64,000 nt of DNA from IMG/VR virus record IMGVR_UViG_3300046787_000327, positions 1 through 64,000 of that record; one strand, written 5' to 3'. This DNA is from a virus. A model generated the notes under the pieces. The model worked only from the letters and a program-made list of their open reading frames with translations. It was not told the origin of the DNA and made no database searches. The first letter of the stretch is position 1. Each line of letters begins with the position of its first letter. The position numbers and the translations under genes were made by a program. Shown piece after piece: positions 32,412 to 43,352 of the stretch.

Positions 32412-34451
32412 ATGTCAGATTTTTTTAGTTTTAGATTAACAGATGACTTTGTAGAGAAGTTTGTATCAGCACCAAATCCTTTTGGATTTAAAGATGCAGC
32501 AGAAAACTCTCTTGGAGAAATTACATTTATCCGCACATATTCCCGTGTGAAGGAGGATGGAACTAAGGAACGCTGGCATGAAGTTTGTCGTCGTGTAATC
32601 GAGGGTATGTACTCAGTACAGAAGAACCATGCTAAGGAGAACCGTCTCCCATGGAATGATTACAAGGCTCAGAAGTCAGCACAAGAAGCATTCCAGCGAA
32701 TGTTTGAATTGAAGTGGACACCACCAGGGCGAGGTATGTGGACATTCGGAACTGCTATGACTATGGAGAAGCGTAACTCAGCAGCACTTCAAAACTGTGC
32801 AATGGTTTCAACAAAAGATCTTGATAAGAACGATCCAGGAGCCTTGTTTGCATGGGTAATGGATGCTTTGATGCTTGGCATTGGTGTTGGCTTTGATACA
32901 GTAGGACAGGAAAAGGGTTTCCAGATCTATGCTCCATCAGAACCAGCAGCGATCTTTGATATTCCAGACACTCGTGAAGGATGGGTAGAGTCGGTTCGTC
33001 TTTTGCTAAACTCTTACCTTCGTTCGAATCAGCCAGTTCAGAAGTTTAACTATGACCTTATCCGTCCTCTAGGAGCACCGATTAAGGGCTTTGGAGGGGT
33101 CGCTAGCGGTCCAGCACCACTGATTCAACTACACACACAGATCGACAAGGTAATCGGCGGTAGAGCAGGAGAAACCCTTGACAGCCGTGCTATTACAGAT
33201 ATCATTAACCTTATTGGAACATGTGTTGTTTCAGGAAATGTTCGTCGTTCTGCAACCCTTGCTTTAGGTGCAGCAGGAGATGAAGACTTTATTAATCTTA
33301 AGAATGCAGAAGTCTTCCCAGATAGAAACTCATTTGACCCAGAAAACCCAGGTTGGGCATGGATGTCAAATAACTCAATTTCTGCAACAGTCGGAATGGA
33401 CTATGAAAAGTACACCGATCTGATTGTTAATAACGGAGAGCCAGGGTTTATCTGGCTTGATGTTGCTCGTAACTATGGTCGTCTAGCAGATCCTGCAGAT
33501 GGAAAAGACTATCGTGTTATGGGCTTCAATCCTTGTGCGGAGCAGCCATTGGAGTCGTATGAACTTTGTACTCTTGTAGAGGTTCACCTAAACCGACATG
33601 AATCCAAGGAGGACTTCCTCAAGACATTGAAGTTTGCTTACCTTTACGGTAAGACTGTTACATTGCTTCCAACGCACTGGCAGCAAACAAACGGTATCAT
33701 GCAGCGTAACCGTCGCATTGGTACATCCCTTACAGGTATTGCTTCGTTTGCTGATCAAAAGGGTCTTCCTGTTGTTCGTGAATGGATGGATGAGGGCTAC
33801 AACACAATTCGCAAGTATGATCGTCAATACTCAGAATGGCTTTGTGTTCGTGAATCAATTCGTGTAACAACTGTCAAGCCATCAGGATCTGTTTCAATTC
33901 TTTCTGGTGCAACTCCTGGAGTTCACTGGGGACCTGGAGGAAACTTCTTCCTTCGTGCAATTCGCTTTGGTGATACTGATCCAATGCTTCACCTATTCAA
34001 GGCAGCAGGGTACAAGATTGAAAAGGATGTTGTCTCAGCAAACACCTCAGTAGTATACTTCCCAGTAAAGTCAGGGCACCCCCGTTCTGAAAAGGATGTA
34101 ACGCTATTTGAAAAGATTGCTCTCGCAGCAACTGCTCAGAAGTACTGGTCTGATAATGGTGTCTCTGTAACACTCTCATTTGATAAGGAAACGGAGTCAA
34201 AGCATGTTGCTCCAGCACTTCATATGTACGAGGGACAGTTGAAGGCAGTTTCATTCCTTCCAATGGGAAACACTGTTTATCCACAGCAGCCATATACTCA
34301 GATTACTGAAGATGAGTATGAGTCTTATATCGGAGTCCTAAAGCATATTGACTTCTCTGCTATTTATGATGGAAATGATAATCTTGAAGCACAAGGTGAG
34401 GCATATTGCACCACCGACTACTGTGAGATTAAAGTCGAAACTAAAAAGTAG
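32412..34451 (+). CDS. nrdJ: Class II (adenosylcobalamin-dependent) ribonucleotide reductase, monomeric RTPR type
   Basis: RTYSR, PPGRG, NPCAE, TTVKPSGS, C-terminal Cys pair. Confidence 0.93.
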   Translation: MSDFFSFRLTDDFVEKFVSAPNPFGFKDAAENSLGEITFIRTYSRVKEDGTKERWHEVCRRVIEGMYSVQKNHAKENRLPWNDYKAQKSAQEAFQRMFELKWTPPGRGMWTFGTAMTMEKRNSAALQNCAMVSTKDLDKNDPGALFAWVMDALMLGIGVGFDTVGQEKGFQIYAPSEPAAIFDIPDTREGWVESVRLLLNSYLRSNQPVQKFNYDLIRPLGAPIKGFGGVASGPAPLIQLHTQIDKVIGGRAGETLDSRAITDIINLIGTCVVSGNVRRSATLALGAAGDEDFINLKNAEVFPDRNSFDPENPGWAWMSNNSISATVGMDYEKYTDLIVNNGEPGFIWLDVARNYGRLADPADGKDYRVMGFNPCAEQPLESYELCTLVEVHLNRHESKEDFLKTLKFAYLYGKTVTLLPTHWQQTNGIMQRNRRIGTSLTGIASFADQKGLPVVREWMDEGYNTIRKYDRQYSEWLCVRESIRVTTVKPSGSVSILSGATPGVHWGPGGNFFLRAIRFGDTDPMLHLFKAAGYKIEKDVVSANTSVVYFPVKSGHPRSEKDVTLFEKIALAATAQKYWSDNGVSVTLSFDKETESKHVAPALHMYEGQLKAVSFLPMGNTVYPQQPYTQITEDEYESYIGVLKHIDFSAIYDGNDNLEAQGEAYCTTDYCEIKVETKK

Positions 34452-34474
34452 TTGTATGGTAAAATAGACTTATA

Positions 34475-37400
34475 ATGTCTACTGCCTCAAACCTCTATGC
34501 CGAGAAGGTGTTCTCTGAACACCCTATCGCATTGTGGGCTTTAGATGACAAGGCAGACTATATTTCTGTAATTACTGAAGAGCAAAGAAGACTAGCAAAC
34601 TGGCAAGTAACTGGTGCTACGGTATCTCAGGCTATATCAGACGAAAGTCCTTTTCAGGACAGTGTTACCAATAGGCTTTCTGTAACTGTAGACGAAACAG
34701 GTCTAGGACAAATAGTTTGCATTAGTGAAGATATTGTTAATTTTTCAGATCTCAATGGATCTTTAAAAACATTTGCTATTGGTGGATACTTTTATTCTTT
34801 TACTCCTGCCATCTCTAGTTTTGAATTAGGGTATGAATACTATGATGTAACGAATGGTTCTACTGTCCAGCATTTGAAGTCATTTGATGCGCCTATTAAT
34901 AATAATTGGATATTTTTATCAGAGACTTTTGATATCCCCGATGACAATACAACTCTCAGAGTTGTTGTAAAAATCAACTACTTTTCATCAGTTATGATAG
35001 AAGATGTTTATAAGTTTTTGGTTCATGGTATAAGCGTTGGACAATGGTCTGAAGAGTTTAACTCAACATCTCTAGGTGTACATGAGTTAGAATTACCAGC
35101 AGGTATTTTTAGTAGCGGAACTCATTATGGAGTAAAGGCTGTTGCTTATGGGCTAGAAGAAAATCCTGGATATTATCTATCAAGTGGCAAGTCTCTGGTT
35201 GCAAAAAATACAGGAATTCCAATGGTTTATGGTGCAACTGGAATCACTAAACTATTGCCAAATGGAGACTCGCCATCACTAGTTTTGCCAGGCAAGGGAT
35301 TCCTCCATGAGGAAGGTAAATACAACAACTACACCTTTGAGGGGTGGGTAAGAATTGTCAATGACTCTACAACTCATAAGAAAATTTTTGGTCCACTAGG
35401 TGGACTAGATGGTCTATGGGTAGATGGACCATTCATGACACTAAGAATCAGTAACCACTTTGCAACAGCATATGTTGGTGAGTGGGGAAAGCCAATGCTT
35501 TTAAACATTGTTTATGGAGCAACAGGAGCAAACTTACTTATTAATGGAGAGCAGGTAGCATCTTTATCTTTTAATAGCGATGATCTATTCTTTGCTGAAA
35601 ATGAATCGGACTGGCTTGGTTTCTGGTGCAATGAGGATGTTTCTGCTATCGAGTTAGATGCGGTAGCCATATATTCATATCAGGTTCCATCAATTCTTGC
35701 AAAAAGAAGATTCGTATATGGGCAGGGCGTAGACTTTCCAGAAAACATAAATACTTCCTATAGTGGATCGTCCGTCTTTATTGACTATCAGTATGCAGAC
35801 TATACAAATAATTATGTTTATCCAGACCTAGGCAATTGGAATCAAGGATCTAGGAACAACCTAGCAATTAACGAAAATATGTTGTCTGCTCCAGACTATC
35901 AGTTACCAACTCTGGTTCTTGAGTCTGGTGACTCTTCAGAACTATCAAGTGTTGTGTTTACAGATGCAACTCAGTCAGAAGACAGTACATTCTTTACCTT
36001 TAAACCAAACTCTTCACTAGTTAAGAATGGCTATTTGTTATTTGATAACCTTAACTTTTTACAGGAAGAGGTTAAAGCATTTTACTCTTTAATTAAAATA
36101 AATGAGGCTCCAGTAGAAGAGCAGGTAATACTTCACATAGAGTCAGAAAGTACAAATAGTTATTTATCGATTGTTGTTAATGGAAGAACGATAGATTATA
36201 AGTTTTTTCACAATGGGATCTTATCAACAATATATTCAACCACAGACTATGCTTTGGGAGAAAAGTTTCCAGTAGGAATAAATATAGATGACTTCTCTTC
36301 ATATTTTGGTGGAGACCTTCTTTCATTTTTTGGAAATAGAACTGGACTAAAGTTTTATGTAGCAGGAACAAAAGAGTTTGCCTCAAGTTTTAAGGGGAAC
36401 ATCTACAATGTTGGATTTTCTAATGCTGCCAACTTAAATGAAATAAAAGAACTTTTTAATGCAAGAGGGTGCGTACTTGAGTATGAGGATGTATTTAATG
36501 CTTATACTTCTCAAATAGACTATGATGCTGGAGAATACACTGGTAGCGATTTAAGTTTTTGGCAGTTCTTTTTAGATGGCGGATCTCCAACAGAGTACTC
36601 ATCATACAGACTATCAGACCATACTGCTAGTTATACTCTTATTGTTAAAAACTACTTTAACAACTATTATTTTGATATTGGCGTAAAGTCTTCATGGAAA
36701 GACTACCTTCCACTAACGTACTTTGCAGAGTCCGTACAGGATACAAGTGGAAACAGTTACTATGATCTAGACTTTATCCAATTTAATATTGACTATCCAG
36801 CACCATCAGCGTATGCTGAAGTGCCATCGGACCCAGTTTCCTGGAAGTATGGAATCGATACTGTTCTTGAAAGTGGTGAGATTATTCCATCATTAAGCGA
36901 TCAGTTCTCGGACCCAGTAAAAAGAACTTATGCTTCTTTAGATAATCAATTATTTACTGGGTATAACAATTACGATGATTTAAAGAATCGATCCTCTAAG
37001 AATTATATTTATGATACATCAAACTCTTATGTCAGATCGTATGTAACTTTTGAATATACTGAGTCTGGACTAAATTCCTCTGACTTGTATTTTTCATCTT
37101 CTGTGGGGGCATCAAGAGATGGAGTAGTAACTCCAGGGGCCGAGTGGATGACTACAAAGTATGAAGTAGTTGACGGTATGATTATATATCCACCAGCAGA
37201 AGACCTGTCTTCCTTATCTTTGGTAACAAGACTTGATTTTAAGATTGATGGAATCATTACACATAGTATAAAGTTAAAAACACTAGAGTACTCTTCAGAA
37301 TCATTTAATGACTCTATTCCAAATCCAGTTGGAACTAAGTTTGGTACTCCAATATATCCCTATAGAAAGTCTGGATACTACTATAACTATAAAAATAAAA

Positions 37401-38188
37401 ACCCATTTAGCATTTACAAGAAGAGCACACCCTATCTCTATCTGACTAGAAACAGTGGTATCACCCTAAAGGGTGCATATGATCCAACAGTTGATCGTGG
37501 TTTGGCAATTCCTATCAATCCAACATTAGCAAAGAACTACAGAGTCATGGCAATGCAGGCAGCACTAAGATTTGATCAAGACTTTTTCCCATACGCTCCA
37601 ACGCAAATTTTTGAGATTGAGTCACCAGAACAACATATCAAGTTCTTCATGGTTGCAAACAGTTCTGATGGCAATAGAGCAAGAATATATGCAGTCAATG
37701 CTAAGACTGGTCAACTTGACAGTGGTATTAGTTTTTATTGGAATGGAAAGTTGGTAAGAGAGCCAGTCATGACTATTAGAGAGTGGGGCTTCCTAGGAAT
37801 TTCCTTCTCAAATATCTTAGACTTTACAAGTTCTCAGGGGTTAATCAAGATTACTGGACCACTAACCTTTAACACTATCTCGTATTATCAGACAACAACC
37901 CTACAAGAGGTTCAGCAGATAACAAATAGGCCCTGGTTCAAGGTTCTGTATGCTGGTACATCCGAACTTGATTGGCAATTTTGGAATATTCCACAGTATG
38001 ACTGGGGTAATATTATGGTTATTTCTACAAAAAGTTACTATGGAGTAGATCCTGAAACAATTTATAAGAGTTATACGGGCACAAACAAGATTATTGTAGG
38101 GAGTGACAACACCTTTAGTCTTGGAAACTACGAATATAACTTCTATCAGGACGCCACATGGCAACAAAGTACCACATATGCTGTTTGA
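34475..38188 (+). CDS. Large virion protein with LamG/ConA-like domains
   Basis: HPIALWALD N-terminus; YTFEGW...LLING...DAVAIY. Confidence 0.6.
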   Translation: MSTASNLYAEKVFSEHPIALWALDDKADYISVITEEQRRLANWQVTGATVSQAISDESPFQDSVTNRLSVTVDETGLGQIVCISEDIVNFSDLNGSLKTFAIGGYFYSFTPAISSFELGYEYYDVTNGSTVQHLKSFDAPINNNWIFLSETFDIPDDNTTLRVVVKINYFSSVMIEDVYKFLVHGISVGQWSEEFNSTSLGVHELELPAGIFSSGTHYGVKAVAYGLEENPGYYLSSGKSLVAKNTGIPMVYGATGITKLLPNGDSPSLVLPGKGFLHEEGKYNNYTFEGWVRIVNDSTTHKKIFGPLGGLDGLWVDGPFMTLRISNHFATAYVGEWGKPMLLNIVYGATGANLLINGEQVASLSFNSDDLFFAENESDWLGFWCNEDVSAIELDAVAIYSYQVPSILAKRRFVYGQGVDFPENINTSYSGSSVFIDYQYADYTNNYVYPDLGNWNQGSRNNLAINENMLSAPDYQLPTLVLESGDSSELSSVVFTDATQSEDSTFFTFKPNSSLVKNGYLLFDNLNFLQEEVKAFYSLIKINEAPVEEQVILHIESESTNSYLSIVVNGRTIDYKFFHNGILSTIYSTTDYALGEKFPVGINIDDFSSYFGGDLLSFFGNRTGLKFYVAGTKEFASSFKGNIYNVGFSNAANLNEIKELFNARGCVLEYEDVFNAYTSQIDYDAGEYTGSDLSFWQFFLDGGSPTEYSSYRLSDHTASYTLIVKNYFNNYYFDIGVKSSWKDYLPLTYFAESVQDTSGNSYYDLDFIQFNIDYPAPSAYAEVPSDPVSWKYGIDTVLESGEIIPSLSDQFSDPVKRTYASLDNQLFTGYNNYDDLKNRSSKNYIYDTSNSYVRSYVTFEYTESGLNSSDLYFSSSVGASRDGVVTPGAEWMTTKYEVVDGMIIYPPAEDLSSLSLVTRLDFKIDGIITHSIKLKTLEYSSESFNDSIPNPVGTKFGTPIYPYRKSGYYYNYKNKNPFSIYKKSTPYLYLTRNSGITLKGAYDPTVDRGLAIPINPTLAKNYRVMAMQAALRFDQDFFPYAPTQIFEIESPEQHIKFFMVANSSDGNRARIYAVNAKTGQLDSGISFYWNGKLVREPVMTIREWGFLGISFSNILDFTSSQGLIKITGPLTFNTISYYQTTTLQEVQQITNRPWFKVLYAGTSELDWQFWNIPQYDWGNIMVISTKSYYGVDPETIYKSYTGTNKIIVGSDNTFSLGNYEYNFYQDATWQQSTTYAV

Positions 38189-38206
38189 TATGGTATACTT
38201 ATAGTT

Positions 38207-38611
38207 ATGAATCTAGAGAATCCAAACAAAAAGCGTAAGAACCTGCCCAAGATGAAGGGGCAAGTCGGTGAATCCCGTGTTAAGGTTATTGAAAAGCACT
38301 ATGACTGGGGACTATATGTATACAAGAAGGCCAACGGCAAGTGGTTTACAGACGGAACTGGATCAGTCCTAAACATTGAATCAATGAAGGGCGACATCTC
38401 TGCTATCTCTAAGTTGAAGGATGCAGCAAAATATTACGGGGATCCAGGAGACGGAACATGTGTATTCGTACCAGGATTAACAAGAATTACAGAAGAGGAA
38501 TACTCAGAGCAAAAAGAACGCCTAGCAGAAGGACTCATTCCATCTATGAATGACCTTGGTGCATGGAAGGCTGCTCAGGACACATTCAACAAGTATGGAA
38601 GTGACGAGTAG
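38207..38611 (+). CDS. Hypothetical protein
   Basis: Leaderless start after TGGTATACT. Confidence 0.75.
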   Translation: MNLENPNKKRKNLPKMKGQVGESRVKVIEKHYDWGLYVYKKANGKWFTDGTGSVLNIESMKGDISAISKLKDAAKYYGDPGDGTCVFVPGLTRITEEEYSEQKERLAEGLIPSMNDLGAWKAAQDTFNKYGSDE

Positions 38612-40221
38612 TGTCTGAAGATATTGAGTATAGAATCCCAGCAAGAATTGATGATCTTCCTGAGATTGATGACACATTTCAGAAGCAAGATCCTTTTAAT
38701 AAAACATGGGATGAACTCAAGTCTTTAGAAGGTTTAGAGAATAACTTTAAGCGTCGTGCTACTCGTATGTCTAAAGTAGATGCACCACAGTCTTACATTG
38801 ATTCTGCAAGAGCAGAGAGCACTGGTATCGGCGGGGCAAAGTCAAAGGAAATTAATCCAGGACTTATTTACCGTAATGGCTATGGACTCTTTGATGTAAT
38901 TACACCACCATGGAATCTATATGAACTAGCAAACTACTACGACACATCTTTTGCCAACCACGCATCTATTGATGCTAAGGTAGAAAACATCGTTGGCCTT
39001 GGCTATGACTTTGAGGTGTCAGCACGGACAATGCTAAAGTTAGAATCCTCTACAGATCCTGATGCAGTTGGCAGAGCAAGAAAAAGAATTGAAAGAGCAA
39101 AGATTGAAGTTCGTGATTGGCTAGAGTCTCTCAATGATGAGGATTCTTTTACTGCTTCCATGGAAAAGGTTTTTACAGACCTTCAGGCAACTGGAAATGG
39201 ATACCTTGAAATTGGTAGAACAATTAAGGGCGAGATTGGATATGTTGGTCATATTCCAGCAACTACAATTCGTGTTCGTCGTTTGCGTGATGGCTTTGTT
39301 CAGGTCATTGGAAACAAGGTTGTTTACTTCCGTAATTTTGGGGGAAAGAATCAGAATCCACTTGGAACAGATCCAAGACCAAATGAGATCATCCACTTTA
39401 AGTCATACTCACCACTAAACACATTCTACGGTGTACCTGACATTATTTCAGCAATTAACTCACTATACGGTGATGCACTTGCTTCACAATACAACATTGA
39501 TTATTTTAGCAACAAGGCTGTCCCAAGATATGTTGTAACTCTTAAGGGTGCAAAGTTATCACCAGAGGCAGAAGACAAGATGTTTAGATTTTTGCAGACA
39601 GGTCTTAAGGGGCAGAATCACAGAACACTTTACATCCCACTCCCTGGAGATTCTGATACCAACAAAGTAGACTTTAATATGCAACCTGTTGAAAACGGAA
39701 TCCAGGAAGGCTCATTCAAGGAGTACCGTAAGCAGAACCGTGATGACATTCTTGTTGCACATCAGGTTCCACTTTCAAAACTTGGTGGAGGAGATTCGTC
39801 TGCAATCGCTGCAGCACTTGCACAGGATCGTACTTTTAAGGAGCAGGTTGCAAGACCAGCACAAGACAAACTTAACAAGATGATCAATAAGATCATTCGT
39901 GAAAAGACAGACATCTTAGATTTTAAGTTTAACGAACTCACCCTAACAGATGAGATTGCACAGTCTCAAATTCTTGAGCGTTATGTTAAGAATCAGATCA
40001 TGGTTCCTAATGAAGCAAGAGTTATTCTTGGAATGCCACAGCGTGACGGTGGAGATAAGCCAGTCGAAGCAAAGCCAGCAGGAGAAAATAATCCTGCAGA
40101 CCGTGCAAGAGATGGCGAAAGAGTAAATAATAATTCAGATAGTTCATCAACAGTTGCAGGTCGTAACCCAAAGGGTGAAGGCCGTAAGTTTGACGACTTG
40201 TCTGAAATGTCCGAATTGTAA
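38611..40221 (+). CDS. Portal protein
   Basis: TGNGYLE, EIIHF, YGVP, F.N.A.P, NEAR motifs. Confidence 0.92.
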   Translation: MSEDIEYRIPARIDDLPEIDDTFQKQDPFNKTWDELKSLEGLENNFKRRATRMSKVDAPQSYIDSARAESTGIGGAKSKEINPGLIYRNGYGLFDVITPPWNLYELANYYDTSFANHASIDAKVENIVGLGYDFEVSARTMLKLESSTDPDAVGRARKRIERAKIEVRDWLESLNDEDSFTASMEKVFTDLQATGNGYLEIGRTIKGEIGYVGHIPATTIRVRRLRDGFVQVIGNKVVYFRNFGGKNQNPLGTDPRPNEIIHFKSYSPLNTFYGVPDIISAINSLYGDALASQYNIDYFSNKAVPRYVVTLKGAKLSPEAEDKMFRFLQTGLKGQNHRTLYIPLPGDSDTNKVDFNMQPVENGIQEGSFKEYRKQNRDDILVAHQVPLSKLGGGDSSAIAAALAQDRTFKEQVARPAQDKLNKMINKIIREKTDILDFKFNELTLTDEIAQSQILERYVKNQIMVPNEARVILGMPQRDGGDKPVEAKPAGENNPADRARDGERVNNNSDSSSTVAGRNPKGEGRKFDDLSEMSEL

Positions 40222-40255
40222 CATATATTAAAAAAGGGTATATAATAGACTAACC

Positions 40256-41608
40256 ATGACAATATCTAAAGCACATTGGAATGCTGAGGGTGAGAATCTT
40301 CGCCTTTCAATGCCATTCAGTAAAGTCGATAAAGAGAGACGTACAGTCTCTGGTTTCGCATCTCTAGATAATCTAGACAAGCAGATGGACATTGTTACAG
40401 CAGAAGCGTCAATGGCTGCATTTGCAAAGTTCCGTGGTAACATTCGTGAAATGCATCAGCCTTCAGCAGTTGGCAAGATGGTAAACTTTAAAGAAGATAA
40501 GTATTTTGATCCAGAGACAAAGAAGTTTTACAAGGGCGTTTATGTCTCCGCCTATATTTCCAAGGGTGCACAAGATGCATGGGAGAAAGTCCTAGATGGA
40601 ACCTATACAGGTTTTTCTATTGGGGGACGAATGAACAAGTGGGATGACGCTTATGATGAGAAGTCAGATTCACAGATTAGAATTATTAAGGAGTACGACC
40701 TAGTTGAGTTATCACTAGTTGACTCACCAGCAAATCAGTTTGCAAATATTGTTTCAGTAGAAAAGGTTGATGGCGTTGATATGATCAAGGGCGATGAGAC
40801 TGTAGTAGAGAATGTTTTTTGGGATAAGGAATCTGGAATTGTTACTGTTTCAGAGAATGAGTCAGAAGTTAGCCCCGTCTCTGGCGAACCAATGAAGAAT
40901 ATAGGATTCGTTGAAAAAACGGATAACGAAAAAGTAAATATGATAAAGTTCTTAGTTGATAGTGCTAAAGGCATTAATACTTCTAAGATTACCAAGGAGG
41001 TAAATCCTATGACAGAAGAAACAACAGCAGTTGTCGAAGCACCAGTTGCAGAAGCAACAGATGCTCCTGCAGCAGAAGCAGTAGTTGAATCAGTTGAGGT
41101 TGCTCCAGAGGCGGATGCAAAGGCAGACACCGTAGAGGCAGAAGACGAAACAACAGAAAAGGCTGCAAAGCCACATGCTGATGAAGAAACTCCTGCAGAA
41201 GACGCTGGCGAAAAGCCAGGGGATGAAGAAGCGGAAGACAAGAAGCCAATGGCACCAAAGTCAGATGAAGTAATTGCAGAGTCAATTGCAGAAATCAAGA
41301 ATACTCTAACATCAGCCTTTAGCGACCTAGTATCAACAGTCAAATCATTACAAGCCGAAGTGGAATCACTTAAGGTTTCAAAGGTTGATGTTGAAGTAGT
41401 AAAGGAATCATTTGATTCAGTAGCAAAAGATATTGCTGCAGTATCAACTGGTTTTAATGAGTTTGGTAAGCGTGTAGATGCTGTAGAAGCAGACACCGCT
41501 TTCCGAAAGTCTGGCGATCTCGGCGAGATTGTACAGGATCAACCTGAAATGGTTGAAAAATCCCTATGGGGCGGTAGTTTCCTCAAAACAGCCGATCTAT
41601 TAAGTTAG
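40256..41608 (+). CDS. Prohead protease with C-terminal scaffold
   Basis: EMH, GFSIGG, ELSLVDSPAN; acidic/coiled-coil C-terminus. Confidence 0.88.
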   Translation: MTISKAHWNAEGENLRLSMPFSKVDKERRTVSGFASLDNLDKQMDIVTAEASMAAFAKFRGNIREMHQPSAVGKMVNFKEDKYFDPETKKFYKGVYVSAYISKGAQDAWEKVLDGTYTGFSIGGRMNKWDDAYDEKSDSQIRIIKEYDLVELSLVDSPANQFANIVSVEKVDGVDMIKGDETVVENVFWDKESGIVTVSENESEVSPVSGEPMKNIGFVEKTDNEKVNMIKFLVDSAKGINTSKITKEVNPMTEETTAVVEAPVAEATDAPAAEAVVESVEVAPEADAKADTVEAEDETTEKAAKPHADEETPAEDAGEKPGDEEAEDKKPMAPKSDEVIAESIAEIKNTLTSAFSDLVSTVKSLQAEVESLKVSKVDVEVVKESFDSVAKDIAAVSTGFNEFGKRVDAVEADTAFRKSGDLGEIVQDQPEMVEKSLWGGSFLKTADLLS

Positions 41609-41629
41609 AAAATCACAGGAGGTGACAAT

Positions 41630-42781
41630 ATGTCGGAACAAAATCTAGAAAAGAACCAGCCTGGAACATCAGGACAACTTGGTGGCACAGCCCCAGGATT
41701 GTATCAGGGACAAGGTGCATTCGCATCAGGCTCAGACGCAGGTTCAAACGTACCAGGTAACTACACAGATGGTGGCGCATTGGGGAATATCCCAAACGCA
41801 CTCACTGGAGTTACATCAGGTCCAAACGCAGTAAATCCTTCAGGTGAGGCTGCAAGCGGTATCCTACGCCCAGAGCAAGCACGTCGTTTTATTGACTACG
41901 TGTGGGATGCAACAATCCTCGCCCAAGATGGCCGTCGTGTTACTATGAGAGCCAATACAATGGAACTCGAAAAGGTAAACGTCGGAGAGCGTGTAATCCG
42001 TGCTGCTGCACAGGCAGTCGGAGACTACACAAACGCAGGTGCAACATTCTCAAAGGTTGAATTGACTACAAAGAAGATTCGTCTTGACTGGGAAGTATCT
42101 GCAGAAGCACTAGAAGATAACATCGAAGGTGCAGCACTTGAAGACCACATCGTTCGTCTTATGACAAACGCATTTGGTAATGACATTGAGGACCTTGCCA
42201 TTAATGGTACAGGTGACTCAGCAGATGGAGCATTCCTCGGAATCATGAACGGTTTCGTAAACCGTGTCAAGGAAGACGGAGATGCACATGAAGCAGTCGT
42301 AACAGTATCTAACGATAACTGGACAACTGATGCAATGCAGAAGATCATCCTCGCAATGCCACGTAAGTATCGTGCTATCAAGTCTAACTTGAAGTTCTAT
42401 GCTGGTACAGACGCATTCCAGGGAATCATCAAGAACAACGGTACACTTGCAGACGCAATCGCTGAAGCATTCGCTGGTACACCAGCAGGTACCCCTGCAA
42501 ACCGTCAGGCATACCTTGATGGCGCAGCACAGACATTCGGTGGAGCACGTACAACTCGTGTTCTCGGAATCGATGTGCAGGAAGTTCCTTACTACCCTGC
42601 AGGATATGTAGATCTTACATTCCCACAGAACCGTGTATGGGGATTCCAGCGTGACATCACTGTAAACCGTGAATACAAGCCAAAGAAGGACACTGTAGAA
42701 TATACAGTCTTCGTTCGCTTCGGTATTCAATGGGAAGAGCAGGATGCAATTGCATTCGCTGATGCTGCTTCAGATTCATAA
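41630..42781 (+). CDS. Major capsid protein (HK97 fold)
   Basis: Position; GIL.PEQA.RFID, EDNIE, DL..NG; strong RBS and codon bias. Confidence 0.92.
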   Translation: MSEQNLEKNQPGTSGQLGGTAPGLYQGQGAFASGSDAGSNVPGNYTDGGALGNIPNALTGVTSGPNAVNPSGEAASGILRPEQARRFIDYVWDATILAQDGRRVTMRANTMELEKVNVGERVIRAAAQAVGDYTNAGATFSKVELTTKKIRLDWEVSAEALEDNIEGAALEDHIVRLMTNAFGNDIEDLAINGTGDSADGAFLGIMNGFVNRVKEDGDAHEAVVTVSNDNWTTDAMQKIILAMPRKYRAIKSNLKFYAGTDAFQGIIKNNGTLADAIAEAFAGTPAGTPANRQAYLDGAAQTFGGARTTRVLGIDVQEVPYYPAGYVDLTFPQNRVWGFQRDITVNREYKPKKDTVEYTVFVRFGIQWEEQDAIAFADAASDS

Positions 42782-42802
42782 TCTGTAACAGTACACTTTT
42801 AG

Positions 42803-42832
42803 GGGGAGTAGGAGTTAACGCTCCTGCTCCCC
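42803..42832 (+). terminator. Hairpin terminator after the capsid gene
   Basis: GGGGAGTAGGAG/CTCCTGCTCCCC. Confidence 0.75.
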
Positions 42833-42872
42833 TTATCACTTATAATGATATAATACTATTCAGGAGGAAATC

Positions 42873-43349
42873 ATGGAAAATGTAAATGAAAATCCAATTG
42901 CAGAAGAAGCAGTTGTAGAAGATGCACCCGTTGTAGAATCAACAGAATTAATTTCTGAAGAGCCAAAGATCGAGGAAGCACCAGTCGAGCATGTAGAGGT
43001 AGAAGTAGTTGAAGAGGCTAAGGTTGAAGAACCAACAGCAGTTCGCACTAACGACTTTGGTCGTTCAACTTCAGAGCCACAGGCTCTCTCATCTGTTGTC
43101 AATGGTGTTATGGGCGTAAGCACAGCACCAAAGCCAGAGCCAAAGGCTCCAAAGAAGTCAGCAAAGAAGACTGAAGATCAGCCTGAGAAGGTTGCTATTC
43201 ACTCAACTAGAAATGTTACCTGGGAAGGTGTAGGCAAGGTTTACCGTGGCTATAACATCGTTTCTCAAGAAGCAGCAGACAAGTGGGTTACTCGCTCACA
43301 CATCCGCATCGCAACACCAGAAGAAGTTGCAAAGGAATTTGGTAAGTAA
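42873..43349 (+). CDS. Hypothetical head-associated protein
   Basis: Acidic N-terminus; AGGAGG RBS. Confidence 0.7.
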   Translation: MENVNENPIAEEAVVEDAPVVESTELISEEPKIEEAPVEHVEVEVVEEAKVEEPTAVRTNDFGRSTSEPQALSSVVNGVMGVSTAPKPEPKAPKKSAKKTEDQPEKVAIHSTRNVTWEGVGKVYRGYNIVSQEAADKWVTRSHIRIATPEEVAKEFGK

Positions 43350-43352
43350 GCA

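Noticed and set aside
34475-38611. Terminase upstream of the portal
   Set aside because: No Walker A/B or nuclease motifs; the terminase must lie outside the window
40735-41496. Long antisense ORFs here and within the capsid and tape measure genes
   Set aside because: Shadows of codon bias on the + strand; no RBS or protein motifs
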